NCBI GenBank assembly: GCA_963771455.1
Contig: CAVYTP010000006.1
Location: forward strand, 143,410-207,409
Length of the DNA: 64,000 nucleotides
Source of the DNA: an uncultured Pseudomonadota bacterium
GTDB taxonomy: Bacteria > Pseudomonadota > Alphaproteobacteria > Rhizobiales > Beijerinckiaceae
Direction of reading: 5' to 3'
A program made the translations under genes and the position numbers. Positions within the stretch are counted from its first letter, which is position 1. The number at the start of each line of letters is the position of its first letter. The notes beneath the pieces were generated by a model. That model was not told the DNA's origin. It searched no databases and saw nothing but the letters and a program-made list of their open reading frames with translations. Shown here in pieces: positions 11,502 through 23,988 of the stretch.

Positions 11502-12540
11502 TTGAGCGAGGATTCCCAAACATCGGGCGTCGTCGCCTCCAGTTTTATGCACGCGGCGCTGCTCGCCGCCATTCTGATTGGCTTCTCCTCGGCGCCTCGC
11601 TTCGAGGACGCCTCGGAAGCGACGTCCGTAGACACCGTTTCCAAGCAGCAGTTCGACGCCGCCATGAAGGGCGAGCGGGCGCCCGCGCCGCAGGCGGAGA
11701 CGAAGCCGGAACCGCCGATGCCGCCACAACCGCCGCCGGATCTGCGCAAGGCCGAGGAGACGCCGCCGACGCCCCCGCCCGCGCCGCCAACCCCGCCGCA
11801 GCCCCCGACGCCGCCAGAACCGCCGCCGACCGCCGCCGCCGAAACCGGAGCCCCCGCCGCCAAAGCCGGAGCCCCCGCCGCCGCCGAAACCCGTTCCGCC
11901 GACGCCGCCGTCGCCGCCGCCGCGTCCGGAGCCGCCGCCAAAGCCGCAGGCTATGGAGACGCCGCCGCCGCGGCCGAAGGCCGTTGAGACGCCGCCGGAA
12001 CGCCCGAAGGAGACGCCGCCCGAGCGCCCGAAACCCGACCAGCTCGCCAAGCTGGTCACCAGGGAGAAGAGCGACGAGACGGCGAAGGAAGCCGCCAAGC
12101 CTGCGGCGAAACCCTATGATCCGAAGGCGATCGCCAAGCTCATCGGCGAGAGCAAGCCCACGTCTGCGCCCGCAGGAGACCCGGCGCCTCAGGGCTCGCC
12201 GACCGGCCATGCCCAGCGCATGAGCGGCTCACAGGCGCGCGCGCTCGATGAATGGTTCAAGGACGCCTACATGGCGTGCTGGTCGCCGCCGCCGACGATG
12301 CCGGAAGGCGAAACCTACATTCCGGAGATCACGGTCGAGTTCAACGCCGACGGCACGCTCAACGGCGAGCCGGTGCTCGTCAACCCGCCTTCGGACCCGG
12401 CCTGGCGCGCGCACGCCGAGAGCGCGAAACGCGCCGCCCTGCGCTGCAATCCGCTCAAGGTTCCTCAGCAATATGCGCCGTTCTTCGACCAATGGCGCAC
12501 CAAGACGATCCACTTCGACCCGAGGGAGGCTTTAGGATGA
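11502..12540 (+). CDS. tolA: TolA (N-terminal SxxxH transmembrane motif, Pro-rich stalk, C-terminal domain; frameshifted in the Pro-rich tract)
   Basis: SSFMHAALL TM helix; PEPPP/PKP repeats; CW.PP...C.P..P...W...I.FDP C-terminal domain. Confidence 0.85.
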
Positions 12541-13190
12541 CGAAGCGACCCAATAAAACCAAGTCAGCCGCCAAGGCCAGGCCGGCGGAGCCGCAATCAC
12601 GCGGCATGCTCGAGCTGCGCAATCGACTGATCGCCGCAACCGGCATCATGGTTGTCGCCGGCATACTGGTTTGGAAACCATGGTCGCATGAGGCGCCGAA
12701 GACGGTCGCGGCAAGCGCGCCGGCCGCCGAGGTTGCGTCTGCGCGGCCGCAGAAGCCGGCGGGGCTGGCGACGCCGTTGAGCGGTGAGGCCGCAATAGCC
12801 CCGACGCCCCTGTACACAACCTCTGCGGTCACGCAGGTCGTGCCGCTCCCGCCAACGCCGCCGACAAATCCGCGCATGCCTGCGACGCTCGAAGCCGATT
12901 TCGACGCCTGGCTGATCGACGCCTACCGGGCCTGCTGGACGCCGCCTGGCAGCACTCCCGATGGCGACCCCTACTATCCTCGCGTGCGCGTTGCGCTGAA
13001 GTCTGACGGCACGCTCGCCGGGCCGCCAAAACTCGTCAATCCGCCTTGGGATGTCGCCTGGAAGGGGCATGCCGAGGCCGCAGTGAAGGCCGTGAAAGCC
13101 TGCGACCCGCTCAAAGTGCCTGACAAATATGCCCCCTACTATACGCAGTGGAAGAGCAAGACCGTGTTCTTCGACCCGACCCGATCGTGA
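12537..13190 (+). CDS. Short TolA paralogue (basic N-tail, TM helix, short Pro-rich linker, TolA-like C-terminal domain)
   Basis: ATGA overlap with tolA; C-terminus aligns by eye with the TolA C-terminal domain. Confidence 0.8.
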   Translation: MTKRPNKTKSAAKARPAEPQSRGMLELRNRLIAATGIMVVAGILVWKPWSHEAPKTVAASAPAAEVASARPQKPAGLATPLSGEAAIAPTPLYTTSAVTQVVPLPPTPPTNPRMPATLEADFDAWLIDAYRACWTPPGSTPDGDPYYPRVRVALKSDGTLAGPPKLVNPPWDVAWKGHAEAAVKAVKACDPLKVPDKYAPYYTQWKSKTVFFDPTRS

Positions 13191-13214
13191 TCGCGTCGTC
13201 CTCCTCGCGATAAT

Positions 13215-14548
13215 ATGAAGAAGGATCCCATGACCCTTTTGCGTCCCGTCTCCCGCCGCACGTTTTTGTCAGGCGCCGCGGCGCTCGCCGCCGGCGCCGC
13301 GTCGCGCGCCTTCGCGGCCGGCGACGTCTACGTCCATGCCGGCGCCAATTTCACGCCGGTCAGCATCGCGGTGACGCCTCTGCAGGGGGACGTGAGCGAG
13401 GGCAAGGTCGGCGCCGTGCTGCTCAACGACCTTTCGAGGTCGGTCTTCCTGTCGCCGATCGATCCCAAAACCTTCCCGGAATCGATCGCCAATCCCGACG
13501 CGAAGCCCAATTTCGACGCCTGGAAAACGATCAACGCGCAATTCGTGCTGACCGGCAAAGTGGGGCGCGCCGATGGCGGCCGCATCACCGCGCAGTTCCG
13601 GCTATGGGACGTCGTGAGCGGTCAGCAGGTGGCGGGCCAGCAATATTCGACCGACGCCGCCAATTCGCGTCGCGTCGCGCATCTGATCGCCGACGCGGTG
13701 TTTTCGCGCGTGACCGGCGAAACCGGCTTCTTTGACAGCCGCGTCGTGTTCGTCGACGAGACGTCATCGAAGACCAACCGGCGCAAGCGGCTTGCGCTGA
13801 TGGACATGGACGGCGCCAACGTCAAATATCTGACCCAGGGCGACAACCTGGTGGTGACGCCGCGCTTTTCGCCGAGCCAGCAGCAGGTCGCCTACATGTC
13901 GTTCGCGAACGGCGACCCCAAGGTGACGATTCTCGACCTTGAAACCGGCCAGCGCACCACGGTCGGCCAGTTCACCGGCATGACTTTCTCGCCGCGGTTC
14001 TCGCCCGATGGCCGCAAGTTGTTGCTGGCGTTGTCGAGCGGCTCAACATCCAACCTCTATCTGATGGACCTTGGCAACCACTCACAGTCACAGCTCACCG
14101 ACACCAACGCGATCGATGCTTCGCCCTGCTTTTCGCCGGACGGCTCGCAGATCGTGTTTGAATCGGACCGCGGCGGCGCGCAGCAGCTCTATGTGATGGG
14201 CGCCGACGGCGGCGGGGCAAAACGCATCTCGTTCGGCGCAGGGCGCTATTCGACGCCCGGTGTGGTCGCCGCGCGGCGACCTGATCGCGTTCACGCGCCA
14301 GAAGGAAGGCCAATTCGGCATCGGCGTGATGAAGCCTGACGGCTCCGGCGAGCGCATCATCACCGAAGGGCTTCCACAACGAAGGGCCGACCTTCTCGCC
14401 CAACGGCCTGTTCGTGATGTTCTTCCGCGATCCCGGCGGCGAATCCGGCGCGAAAATCTACATGGCCGACATTTTCGGCCACGGCGAGTTCGTCGTGCCG
14501 ACGCCGAGCTTCGCGTCGGACCCGTCGTGGGGACCGTTGCTGAAGTGA
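13215..14548 (+). CDS. tolB: Tol-Pal beta-propeller protein TolB (frameshifts near 14258 and 14370)
   Basis: [10 protein letters not shown]...TGE.GFFDSR and repeated P.FSPDG (PD40) motifs. Confidence 0.92.
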
Positions 14549-14712
14549 GGGGATGAGCGAGAGTTTCAACGTCTTCGCCGACATGGCGGCTCGTTCCCAC
14601 AGGCGCTAACATTAGCCGTTCCACGGCCCTGTCCGTCTTGGCCGGACCATGACGGAAGCGTTCGTGGTTGGACCAAATTTTTCTAAGTTAGCGCTACCGG
14701 GCTTGTCCCCGC

Positions 14713-15284
14713 TCAACGCAGCACTCGCCGGCCTGGCAACATCCGAATCAACACGTCGTCGCGATCCAGAAAGTGATGTTTCAGCGCGGCCCCGACATGA
14801 ATCAGAACGAGGGCGGCAAGCGCCCAGGCTGCGCCAAGATGCAGCCATTGCATGATGTCCCTTTGGGCCTCGCTGAAACCAGGGATATTTGGAATCTCGA
14901 GCAGATCGAAGAAACGGGTGGGCACGGCGACGATCGCGGAAGATACGAACAAGCCAGCCCGACAGGATCGAGATCGAACGACAGCAAATAAAGTCCGACG
15001 TGCGCGGTCCGCGCCGAACGTCGTTCCCACGATTGCATCGGGGGCGGCGCGGGCGCGATCGTAACCAGCCTCACAGCGCCGCGCGCGACAAACAAAGCAA
15101 GCGCGGCGAAGCCCAGCGACTTGTGCAACTGATACATATCGAATCGTTCGGCGGCGCCGTATCCGGCATGGACCATCAGCCAACCGAGGATCAACAATGC
15201 GAGCACCAACGCTGCGCACAGCCAATGCAGAGCGATCATCAATGGGTTCCAGCGCGTGCGGAGCTTGTCGCTGGCTTCGTTCAA
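14713..15284 (-). CDS. Cytochrome b561 (YceJ-like; frameshifted)
   Basis: ALHWL, LHKSLG, AHVGLY, LH...AW and IHVGAALKHHF.DRD..L.RM. Confidence 0.85.
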
Positions 15285-15817
15285 GATTCGTAGGCTTCGC
15301 TGGAGATCACGAGATCAACCTGTCGAGAGATAACAGGAAAGCCGGAGTTCATTCCGAAATCGAGACGGTCAATTTTCGCTTTGGCGATGAACCCCAGCCG
15401 TTTGCGGGAGCCAGAGCCCACCGCATTTACATCAACATCGACTGAGAGCGGACGCGTCACCCCGAGCATCGTCAAGTTGCCGGTGACGCGGACGGTTCGG
15501 TCATCAATCTTCTTTACCGAGGTCGAGGCAAATCCAATCGTTGGGAAATGCGACGCATCAAGCAGCGCCTGGCCGCGAACGTAGGAATTGAACGAAGTCG
15601 AGCCAACTTCGACGGACCCCGCATCGACATGAAATTCAACATGACTTCGTTCGGGATGATCGAAGTCGACCACGATCCCGCCCTCGAACTTTTTGAATTC
15701 GCCGCGAGTCTGGGGAAACGCTGCGGCGTCGATGGTAAAGTCGATGCGGGTGCGGGAAGGATCGATCGCCCAGCGCGAGGCTGCGTTGGCTTCAACAAGA
15801 GCTCCTAGCCACCGCAA
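15281..15817 (-). CDS. YceI-like polyisoprenoid-binding protein (N-terminus probably extends upstream via a frameshift)
   Basis: W.IDP..T.I.F, G.F.KF.G, FPTI.F.ST, GNLTMLGVTRP and IDRLDFGM. Confidence 0.85.
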   Translation of the reverse strand: MRWLGALVEANAASRWAIDPSRTRIDFTIDAAAFPQTRGEFKKFEGGIVVDFDHPERSHVEFHVDAGSVEVGSTSFNSYVRGQALLDASHFPTIGFASTSVKKIDDRTVRVTGNLTMLGVTRPLSVDVDVNAVGSGSRKRLGFIAKAKIDRLDFGMNSGFPVISRQVDLVISSEAYES

Positions 15818-15981
15818 GCGAGCGCGAACATCAGCGCCCGACGCAAGCGGGCGGTCATTTGAGGGCGCATCCTGCAGACTCCCATCGGCGAGTGGCCACA
15901 GGGAGATAACCCTCGAGAACCCGGATCTATTCGTTCGTTATCGACGCCGCGCGCGATTTTGGATGAACTCGCAGAAGCCGA

Positions 15982-16269
15982 CTACTTGCGCGGCGGTATC
16001 GAAAACACCGCCTCCATCCGGCCGCGCTTGTTTCGGCTCACGGCGACGCCGCCTTGCGACGCCGGTTGGCCTTTGCCGGCCGGGGCGTCAAAAGCGGGAG
16101 GCGCAATGTCATGCGTGGCGCCGGCCTTGGGACCAACCTTCGCCAGGCAGGCATTGTATTCGAAATCATTGGTGAACTTCGCGCAGGCCGGATTGTCCTG
16201 CGCCCAGGCGCCGCTGCCGTAGAGCATCATCAGCAGGGCGCCGCTCGCTCCTGCGAAGCGCATCGTCAT
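15982..16269 (-). CDS. Small secreted hypothetical protein with a Cys pair
   Basis: Signal-like N-terminus (AWA-Q), [13 protein letters not shown]; ATGA overlap with the pheT stop. Confidence 0.6.
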   Translation of the reverse strand: MTMRFAGASGALLMMLYGSGAWAQDNPACAKFTNDFEYNACLAKVGPKAGATHDIAPPAFDAPAGKGQPASQGGVAVSRNKRGRMEAVFSIPPRK

Positions 16270-18699
16270 CCTCTCAGCGTCGCGCCCGTCTTCTTGGCCA
16301 CTTCCGCGACGATCTTGGCGACGGTCGCCTCGATCTCCGCATCGGTCAACGTGCGCTCCTTCGGCTGCAGGGTAACCGAGATCGCGACCGATTTATGGCC
16401 CTCCGGCACGCCGACGCCGCGATAGACGTCAAACACGTCGGCCTTCGTCACCAGCGCCCGGTCGGCGGCCGAGCGCCGCCTTCAGGATGTCGCCGGCGCG
16501 GCGTGGCCTCCGGCGTCACGAAGGCGAGGTCGCGCTCGAGCGGCATGAATTCGGAGCGCTCGAGCTTCGGCTTGGCCTTGGTCGGGCGCGCCTTCGGCGC
16601 GGGGATCGCGTCGAGCGTGATCTCGAAGCGCGACCAGGGGCCCCTCGACGTCGAGCGTCTCGCAGCGCCTGCGGATGCAATTCGCCGAACCAGCCGGCGA
16701 TGTTCTTCGGGCCGAATTGCAGCGTCGCGCAGCGGCCCGGATGCAGGAACGCCGGGCCGCCGGGGACGATCTGCACGGCCGCCGAGGTTGACGCCGAGCG
16801 ACGGCGAGCAGCGCGAGCGCATCGGCCTTGGCGTCGAAGACGTCGACCGCGCCGCCGCCGCTCCAGTGCCGGCCCGACGCCGTGCCGCTTGGCGAGGCCG
16901 CGCCGCAGCGCCGCGGCCGCGATGCGCTGGTCGTTCTCGCCGTCGCCGAGGAAGATCTGGCCGACTTCGAACAGCGCGACATCCCTGAAGCCGCGCCGCG
17001 CATTGCGCTCCGCCGCCGCCGCGAGGCCCGGGATGAGGCTCGGCCGCATGTCGGAGAGATCGGCCGCGATCGGGTTGGCGAGCGCCAGCTCCGGCTTGCC
17101 GCCGCCGAACAGTTCCGCCTGCGGCTTCGAGATGAACGACCAGGTGACGGCTTCGCAGCAGGCCCAGCGCGGCGAGCGTGCGCTTGGCGAGCCGGGTGCG
17201 CTTCTGCAGCAGCGTCAGCACCGGCTTCGGCACGCCGCGTGTCGAGCGCGCGGCAGCGGCGTCGACCGGCACGCGGTCGAGGCCGGCGATGCGCACGATC
17301 TGCTCGACGATGTCGGCCTTGCCGTCGATGTCCGGGCGCCAGTTCGGCACGATCGCCGTCGCCGTCCTTCGACCTCGAAGCCGAGCCGCGCAAGGATGCG
17401 CCAGCCCTTCGGCCTCGGGAATGTCGAGCGCCGGTCAGCCGCTTCACCTCGCTGTAGGGGAAACGGAACTCGCTGCCGCGGCTTGGCGGGATCGCCGGCG
17501 ACGACGCAGCTCGAGGGCTCGCCGCCGCAGAAATCGATCACGAGATGGGTCGCGAGCTCGAGCGCCGGGCATGCAGAAAGCCGGGATCGACGCCGCGCTC
17601 GAAGCGGTAGCGCGCGTCGGTGACGATGCCGAGCTTGCGGCCGGTCTGCGGCGATGTTGGCGGCGTCCCACAGCGCGCTTTCGATCAGCACGTCGCGTGG
17701 TGTTCTCGTCGCAGCCGGAATGCTCGCCGCCCATGATGCCGGCGATCGACTCGACGCCGTTGTCGTCGGCGATGACGACCATGGCTGGCGTCGAGCGTAT
17801 AGGTGCGGCCGTCGAGCGCGAGCACGCTCTCGCCGGCCCTGGCGCGCCGCACCGACAGATCGCCCTTGACCTTGGCGGCGTCGAACACATGCAGCGGGCG
17901 GCCGCGATCGAAGGTCAGGTAGTTGGTGATGTCGACCAGCGCGTTGATCGGCCGCAGCCCGATGGCGCGCAGCCGCTTCTGCATCCATTCGGGCGAGGCG
18001 CCGTTGCGGACGCCGCGCACGAGGCGCAGCGCGAAGGCGGGGCAGAGCTTGCGGTCGGCCTCGGACGAAGTCGAGCTTCACCTGCGACCGGGCAGTCGAA
18101 GCGCGCCGCCGACCGGCTTGATCGGCCGGCGTCTTCAGCGTGCCGAGGCCCGCCGCCGCGAGATCGCGCGCGATGCCCTCGACGCCCGTCGCATCCGGGC
18201 CGGTTGGGCGTCAGGTTGATGTCGATGACCGCGATCGTCGAGGCCGGCATAGGCCGCATAGGGCGCGCCGACCGGCGCGTCCTCGGGCAGGTCGATGATG
18301 CCGTCGTGATCTTCGGACAGTTCGAGTTCGGCGGCCGAGCACAGCATGCCGTTCGACTCGACGCCGCGGATGACGCCCTTCGGCGAGCGTGATCTTCTTG
18401 CCGGGAATATAGGTCCCGACCGGCGAGAACACGCTCTTCATGCCGGTGCGCGCGTTGGGCGCGCCGCACACGACCTGCAGCGGCTCGCCGCCGGCGTCGA
18501 CCATGCAGACGCGCAGCCGGTCGGCGTTGGGGTGCTGTTTGGCCTCGATGACGCGCGCGACGACGAAACCCCTGCAGCCGCGCGGCGGGTCCTCCACGCC
18601 TTCGACCTCGAGGCCGATGCGGGTCAGCGTCTCGACGATCTCGGCGAGCGAGGCCTTGGTGTCGAGGTGGTCTTTGAGCCAGGAGAGGGTGAGTTTCAT
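16266..18699 (-). CDS. pheT: Phenylalanyl-tRNA synthetase beta subunit (many frameshifts)
   Basis: [64 protein letters not shown]. Confidence 0.92.
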
Positions 18700-18708
18700 G
18701 GGAGCGGT

Positions 18709-19212
18709 TCATTTCCTGGATTTCGTGACGAGACGGATCGAAGCGTCAGCGACGCTTGTCGAGAGTTCGGACGCCAGCAGTTGAATCGCTTCTTCGGCCA
18801 GTTCGATAGGCTGCAGCGCCTCGCTGCGCGAGTGAGACTTCGGCGCCTTCGCACGAGCTCGGACTCGGGCGGGCTCGGGATTGTAGTCGGCCCATTCGCG
18901 CGCGCTTCTGCAGCTCGTTGAACGCAATGCGCCAGACGTCGCAGATCTGCCGGACGTTGTCTCGATGAGGCGCGCTTCAACAGCGCTGCGCGGCGCGCCA
19001 TGGTCGAGCGCCCGGAAGATGGGCGTGAATGCCTCCCAACGGCCTGTTCCAGCCGACGAAGCTCGACGTTGCGCAGGTCTCGCAGAACGCCTGAAACAAA
19101 GCGTAATAGGCGGTCGAGACCGCACGTCGCAGGGACGCTTCGACGGGGCGCCCTTGTCGATCGCGCAAGCGCGCGCGCGTTTTCGAGGTTGGCATGGCAA
19201 CAACGTCCACAT
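18709..19212 (-). CDS. HEPN-domain protein, putative toxin (frameshifted)
   Basis: LRRAVSTAYYALFQ N-terminal HEPN helix, FRALDHG, and R-EWAD-Y (Rx4Y) motif, assembled across frames. Confidence 0.7.
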   Translation of the reverse strand: MWTLLPCQPRKRARACAIDKGAPSKRPCDVRSRPPITLCFRRSARPAQRRASSAGTGRWEAFTPIFRALDHGAPRSAVEARLIETTSGRSATSGALRSTSCRSAREWADYNPEPARVRARAKAPKSHSRSEALQPIELAEEAIQLLASELSTSVADASIRLVTKSRK

Positions 19213-19220
19213 GCGCGCGC

Positions 19221-19542
19221 TCACGCGGCGGGCCGCGTGTCCTCCGCGCTCTGTCGTCGGCGCATCGTCCGGCGAGAAACGTCACATAAGGGAAGCGGTC
19301 GTCCTCGTTCTCGCGCAAGCGCGTCGAGGCTCAGCAGTGATCGCGTCGAGCAGGTGTGAGCCGGACATGCGCCGTTCTGCCGGCTTCAGAGAACATGCGT
19401 GACGAAAACGCGGGATCGTCGTCATGGTCTTCTTCCCGGATGCGAACCTCGATCCGTCGATCGACAGCTCCGTAGAGCACTCTCGAGGATCGCGCGACTT
19501 GATCGCCGCTTCAGCGCGTTGGTCTCTTCGGGACTGTGACAT
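19221..19542 (-). CDS. Small acidic protein, putative antitoxin partner of the HEPN gene (frameshifted)
   Basis: Across frames: ..IEV..EEDHDDDPA..LKPAERRMSGSHLLDAITA..LRENEDDRFPYVTFL..EDTRPAA*. About 100 aa, directly upstream of the HEPN gene. Confidence 0.55.
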
Positions 19543-19606
19543 CGGCCGGCCTTCGAGATCAGGCGCTCGTATCACGATCGCCGACGACTCGCGGCCGCCG
19601 CGCCAA

Positions 19607-20696
<1,090 letters not shown>

Positions 20697-20727
20697 CGAG
20701 GAACCTGAAGAAAACAGGCGCCACGAT

Positions 20728-20842
20728 CCCTTCGCCCGCGAAGCGGGAGAAGGTGGCGCGTAGCGCCGGATGAGGGAAGAGCCAAAAGTACGAGGCGCCG
20801 AAGCGCCCTCACCCTAACCCTCTCCCGCAGGCGGGAGAGGGG
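20728..20842. repeat. REP/RIME-like intergenic palindromic element between rplT and pheS
   Basis: cccttcgcccgcgaagcgggagaagg...ggatgaggg and ccctcacc...ccctctcccgcaggcgggagagggg in inverted arrangement. Confidence 0.8.
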
Positions 20843-20852
20843 ATTTTCGACC

Positions 20853-21218
20853 TTACGCCGCCTTCGGAAGGTGGCCCTTGGCGGTCTCGACGATCGCCGC
20901 GAAAGCCGCCGGCTCGGTGATCGCGAGATCGGACAGCACCTTGCGGTCGACTTCGACGCCCGCGCCGATCAGGCCGGCGATGAAGCGCGAATACGTCAGG
21001 CCATGCTCGCGCACGGCGGCGTTGATGCGCTGGATCCACAGCGCGCGGAACTCGCGCTTGCGGTTCTTGCGGTCGCGATAGGCGTACTGCATCGACTTGT
21101 CGACGGCAGCCTTGGCGGCGCGGATGGTGTTCTTGCGACGACCGAAAAAGCCCTTGGCGGCCTTGAGGGTCTTCTTGTGTTTGGCGTGGGCCGTTACGCC
21201 CCGTTTTACGCGGGCCAT
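20853..21218 (-). CDS. rplT: 50S ribosomal protein L20
   Basis: MARVKRGV...[24 protein letters not shown]. Confidence 0.98.
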   Translation of the reverse strand: MARVKRGVTAHAKHKKTLKAAKGFFGRRKNTIRAAKAAVDKSMQYAYRDRKNRKREFRALWIQRINAAVREHGLTYSRFIAGLIGAGVEVDRKVLSDLAITEPAAFAAIVETAKGHLPKAA

Positions 21219-21240
21219 CGAAACTCTCCGGGAATAGGGT

Positions 21241-21441
21241 TCAGCCGTTCGGCAGGAAGTACTTCTTGATGTTGTCGCCGTCGGTCTTGAACAGCACGTT
21301 CGTGCCGCGCAGATTGCGGATCTGCTTGGTGGTGCGCTTGATCATGCCGTGGCGCTTGCCCGCGTGGGCGTAAACGACTTTGCCGGTCCCGGTGATTTTG
21401 AAGCGCTTTTTGGCGCCCGATTTGGTCTTCAACTTGGGCAT
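21241..21441 (-). CDS. rpmI: 50S ribosomal protein L35
   Basis: [21 protein letters not shown]. Confidence 0.98.
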   Translation of the reverse strand: MPKLKTKSGAKKRFKITGTGKVVYAHAGKRHGMIKRTTKQIRNLRGTNVLFKTDGDNIKKYFLPNG

Positions 21442-21662
21442 TTGGCTCTCCCGGGCTTATCGCCCTTTTAGGATATGCGGACCTTGCGGTCCGTTCGCGT
21501 CGGAATGAGCGAAAAGAACCGCCACGGCAGCCCTAACGGCCGGGCGGTTCTGACAGGGCGCGGTCATTACTCGAAAGGCGCGAGGAAGGCAAGACGTCGG
21601 CGGCGCCAAATCGCTTCGCAGAGCGTTGCGCATCGCCATAAACCTCGCTAGCCACCGCGTCC

Positions 21663-22542
21663 ATGTCATCGGCATCCCCCTCGCGCACCGCAACTCTTGT
21701 CGGCTTTGCAGCCGTTCTGCTCTGGTCGACGCTAGCGCTGATGACAGCCGCGTCCGGCGCGATGCCGCCGTTCGAACTCGCCGCGCTCACCTTCCTGATC
21801 GGCGGCGCGCTGGGCGCGGCCTATGCGGCGCTGCGAGGCAAACTTGGCGCTGCTGATCCAGCCGCTGCCTGTGTTCGCTGTCGGCGTCGGCGGACTGTTC
21901 GGCTACCATGCGCTCTATTTCGCCGCGTTGCGGCTTGCGCCGCCGGCTGAGGCGAGCCTGATCGCCTATCTCTGGCCGTTGCTGATCGTGCTGATGTCGG
22001 CGCTGCTGCCCGGCGAGCGGTTGAGCCTGCGCCATGTCGTCGGGGCGCTGATCGGCTTCGCTGGCGCGGCGGCGCTGTTCTACAGCCGGCTGGGCGGCAT
22101 CGGCCCGCTCGGGGGCTCGACACTGCTCGGCTACGCGCTGGCGCTCGGCTGCGCGTTCGTGTGGTCGAGCTATTCGGTGCTGTCGCGACTGCTGAAGGGC
22201 GCGCCGACCGAGGCGGTCGCCGGCTTCTGCCTGGCGACTGCGGCGCTCGCGGCGATTTGCCACGTGCTGTTCGAGACGACGGTCTGGCCGGCGCTTCCGA
22301 GCGAATGGGCGGCGATCGTCGGGCTCGGGCTCGGCCCGGTCGGCCTCGCCTTCTACGTCTGGGATTACGGGGTCAAGAACGGCGACATCCGCCTGCTCGG
22401 CGTCGCCGCCTATGCCGCGCCCGTGCTCTCGACGCTGATCCTGGTCGCAGCAGGCTACGCGCCCGCCACGCCGGCGCTGGCGATAGCCTGCGTGCTGATC
22501 GTCGGCGGGGCGGTCGTAGCGTCGCGCCCTGCGAAGCGTTAG
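21663..22542 (+). CDS. EamA/DMT transporter, YddG-like (frameshift near 21845)
   Basis: ATLVGFAAVLLWS, GLFGYHALYFAALRLAPPAEASLIAYLWPLL, AFYVWDYGVK.GD. Confidence 0.88.
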
Positions 22543-22597
22543 AAACAGCAAGGCCGGCGCTGCCGCCGGCCTACGCATCAGAAACAGAAGAAGTGGC

Positions 22598-22795
22598 TCA
22601 GGCCTCTTCGACCGCGGGCGTCTTGGGCTTCAGGATCTGGCGGCCCTTGTACATGCCGGTCTTCAAGTCGATGTGGTGCGGGCGGCGGAGTTCGCCGGAG
22701 TTCTTGTCTTCCACATAGGTCGGGGCGGCGAGCGCATCGGCCGAACGGCGCATGCCGCGGCGGGAAGGCGAGGTTTTGCGTCGCGGAACGGCCAT
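22598..22795 (-). CDS. rpmF: 50S ribosomal protein L32
   Basis: [18 protein letters not shown]...RPHHI...GMYKGRQI. Confidence 0.97.
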   Translation of the reverse strand: MAVPRRKTSPSRRGMRRSADALAAPTYVEDKNSGELRRPHHIDLKTGMYKGRQILKPKTPAVEEA

Positions 22796-22920
22796 CTTAA
22801 AACTCCAGCAAAAAGCGCCGGTTTGCAGCCAAAAGCCGAACCGGACGGAAAAGTCGAGGCGGGCTCATACACGCAAAGTCCTGCAGGCGCCAGCCCCCTT
22901 TCGCACGCGAATGCCAGGAT

Positions 22921-23388
22921 TCAGTGGCGCTCGATGAGCCCGGAATAGCAGCCGTGCTTGGCGTTGTGGGCATGGATATAGGCGATGGCGGGATTGGCGA
23001 ATAGCCGTTCGATCAAACCCTCGACCTGCATTCCCTCGACGACTTCGGCGTCGACCAGCATGCCCTCGGCGTTAAAGCCGCGCAGAGACAGCAGGCGGGC
23101 GCGCATCGCGGGCGGGACCTCGTCGATGGCGTCGAAGGCGTCTTCCTCCGCCTCCCGAACGAAGATCGCGTAGCTGGTGCGGTAGGGCGTCGCGACGTCG
23201 TGGGTGACGTGATTGAGGAGCAGCAAGGTTTCGCCGGGCTCCGCGTCGCGCATCGACACGCGGTCGGGAAAGCCAGGCTTGCGGTCGGCGACGAAGCGGC
23301 GCGCGTTGTGAAGCGCAAGCGCCTCGTCGTCGAGCCCGAACAGCTCGCGGAAGGGTTCGGCCGACAGGCCGCGAATTCGAAAAGTCAT
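22921..23388 (-). CDS. DUF1203 family protein
   Basis: PGFPDRVS.RDA.PGE..LLLNH, PYR..AIFV, YIHAHNA..GCY. Confidence 0.85.
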   Translation of the reverse strand: MTFRIRGLSAEPFRELFGLDDEALALHNARRFVADRKPGFPDRVSMRDAEPGETLLLLNHVTHDVATPYRTSYAIFVREAEEDAFDAIDEVPPAMRARLLSLRGFNAEGMLVDAEVVEGMQVEGLIERLFANPAIAYIHAHNAKHGCYSGLIERH

Positions 23389-23512
23389 GGGCGTCTCTCT
23401 CGATTGAGTGGGCGTCGGCGATATCGCGCGCTCCCGTTCTGGCGCCCACCCGATTCCTGCGGAGGCTTCAAGCGCTCCTTGACCCGTCCCGCCGCGCCGC
23501 CTAAGGCAGCGC

Positions 23513-23915
<403 letters not shown>

Positions 23916-23988
23916 AAAGTCCTCCGCTTTCCGCCCTTTTCAGGCGCGCGGCGGGCCTGTAGGGGTACCGCGTTCGAGGAGAGACGCC

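Noticed and set aside
11700-12040. CCG-rich tandem repeats as a CRISPR array or VNTR
   Set aside because: They encode the Pro-rich TolA stalk; there is no repeat-spacer structure and no cas gene.
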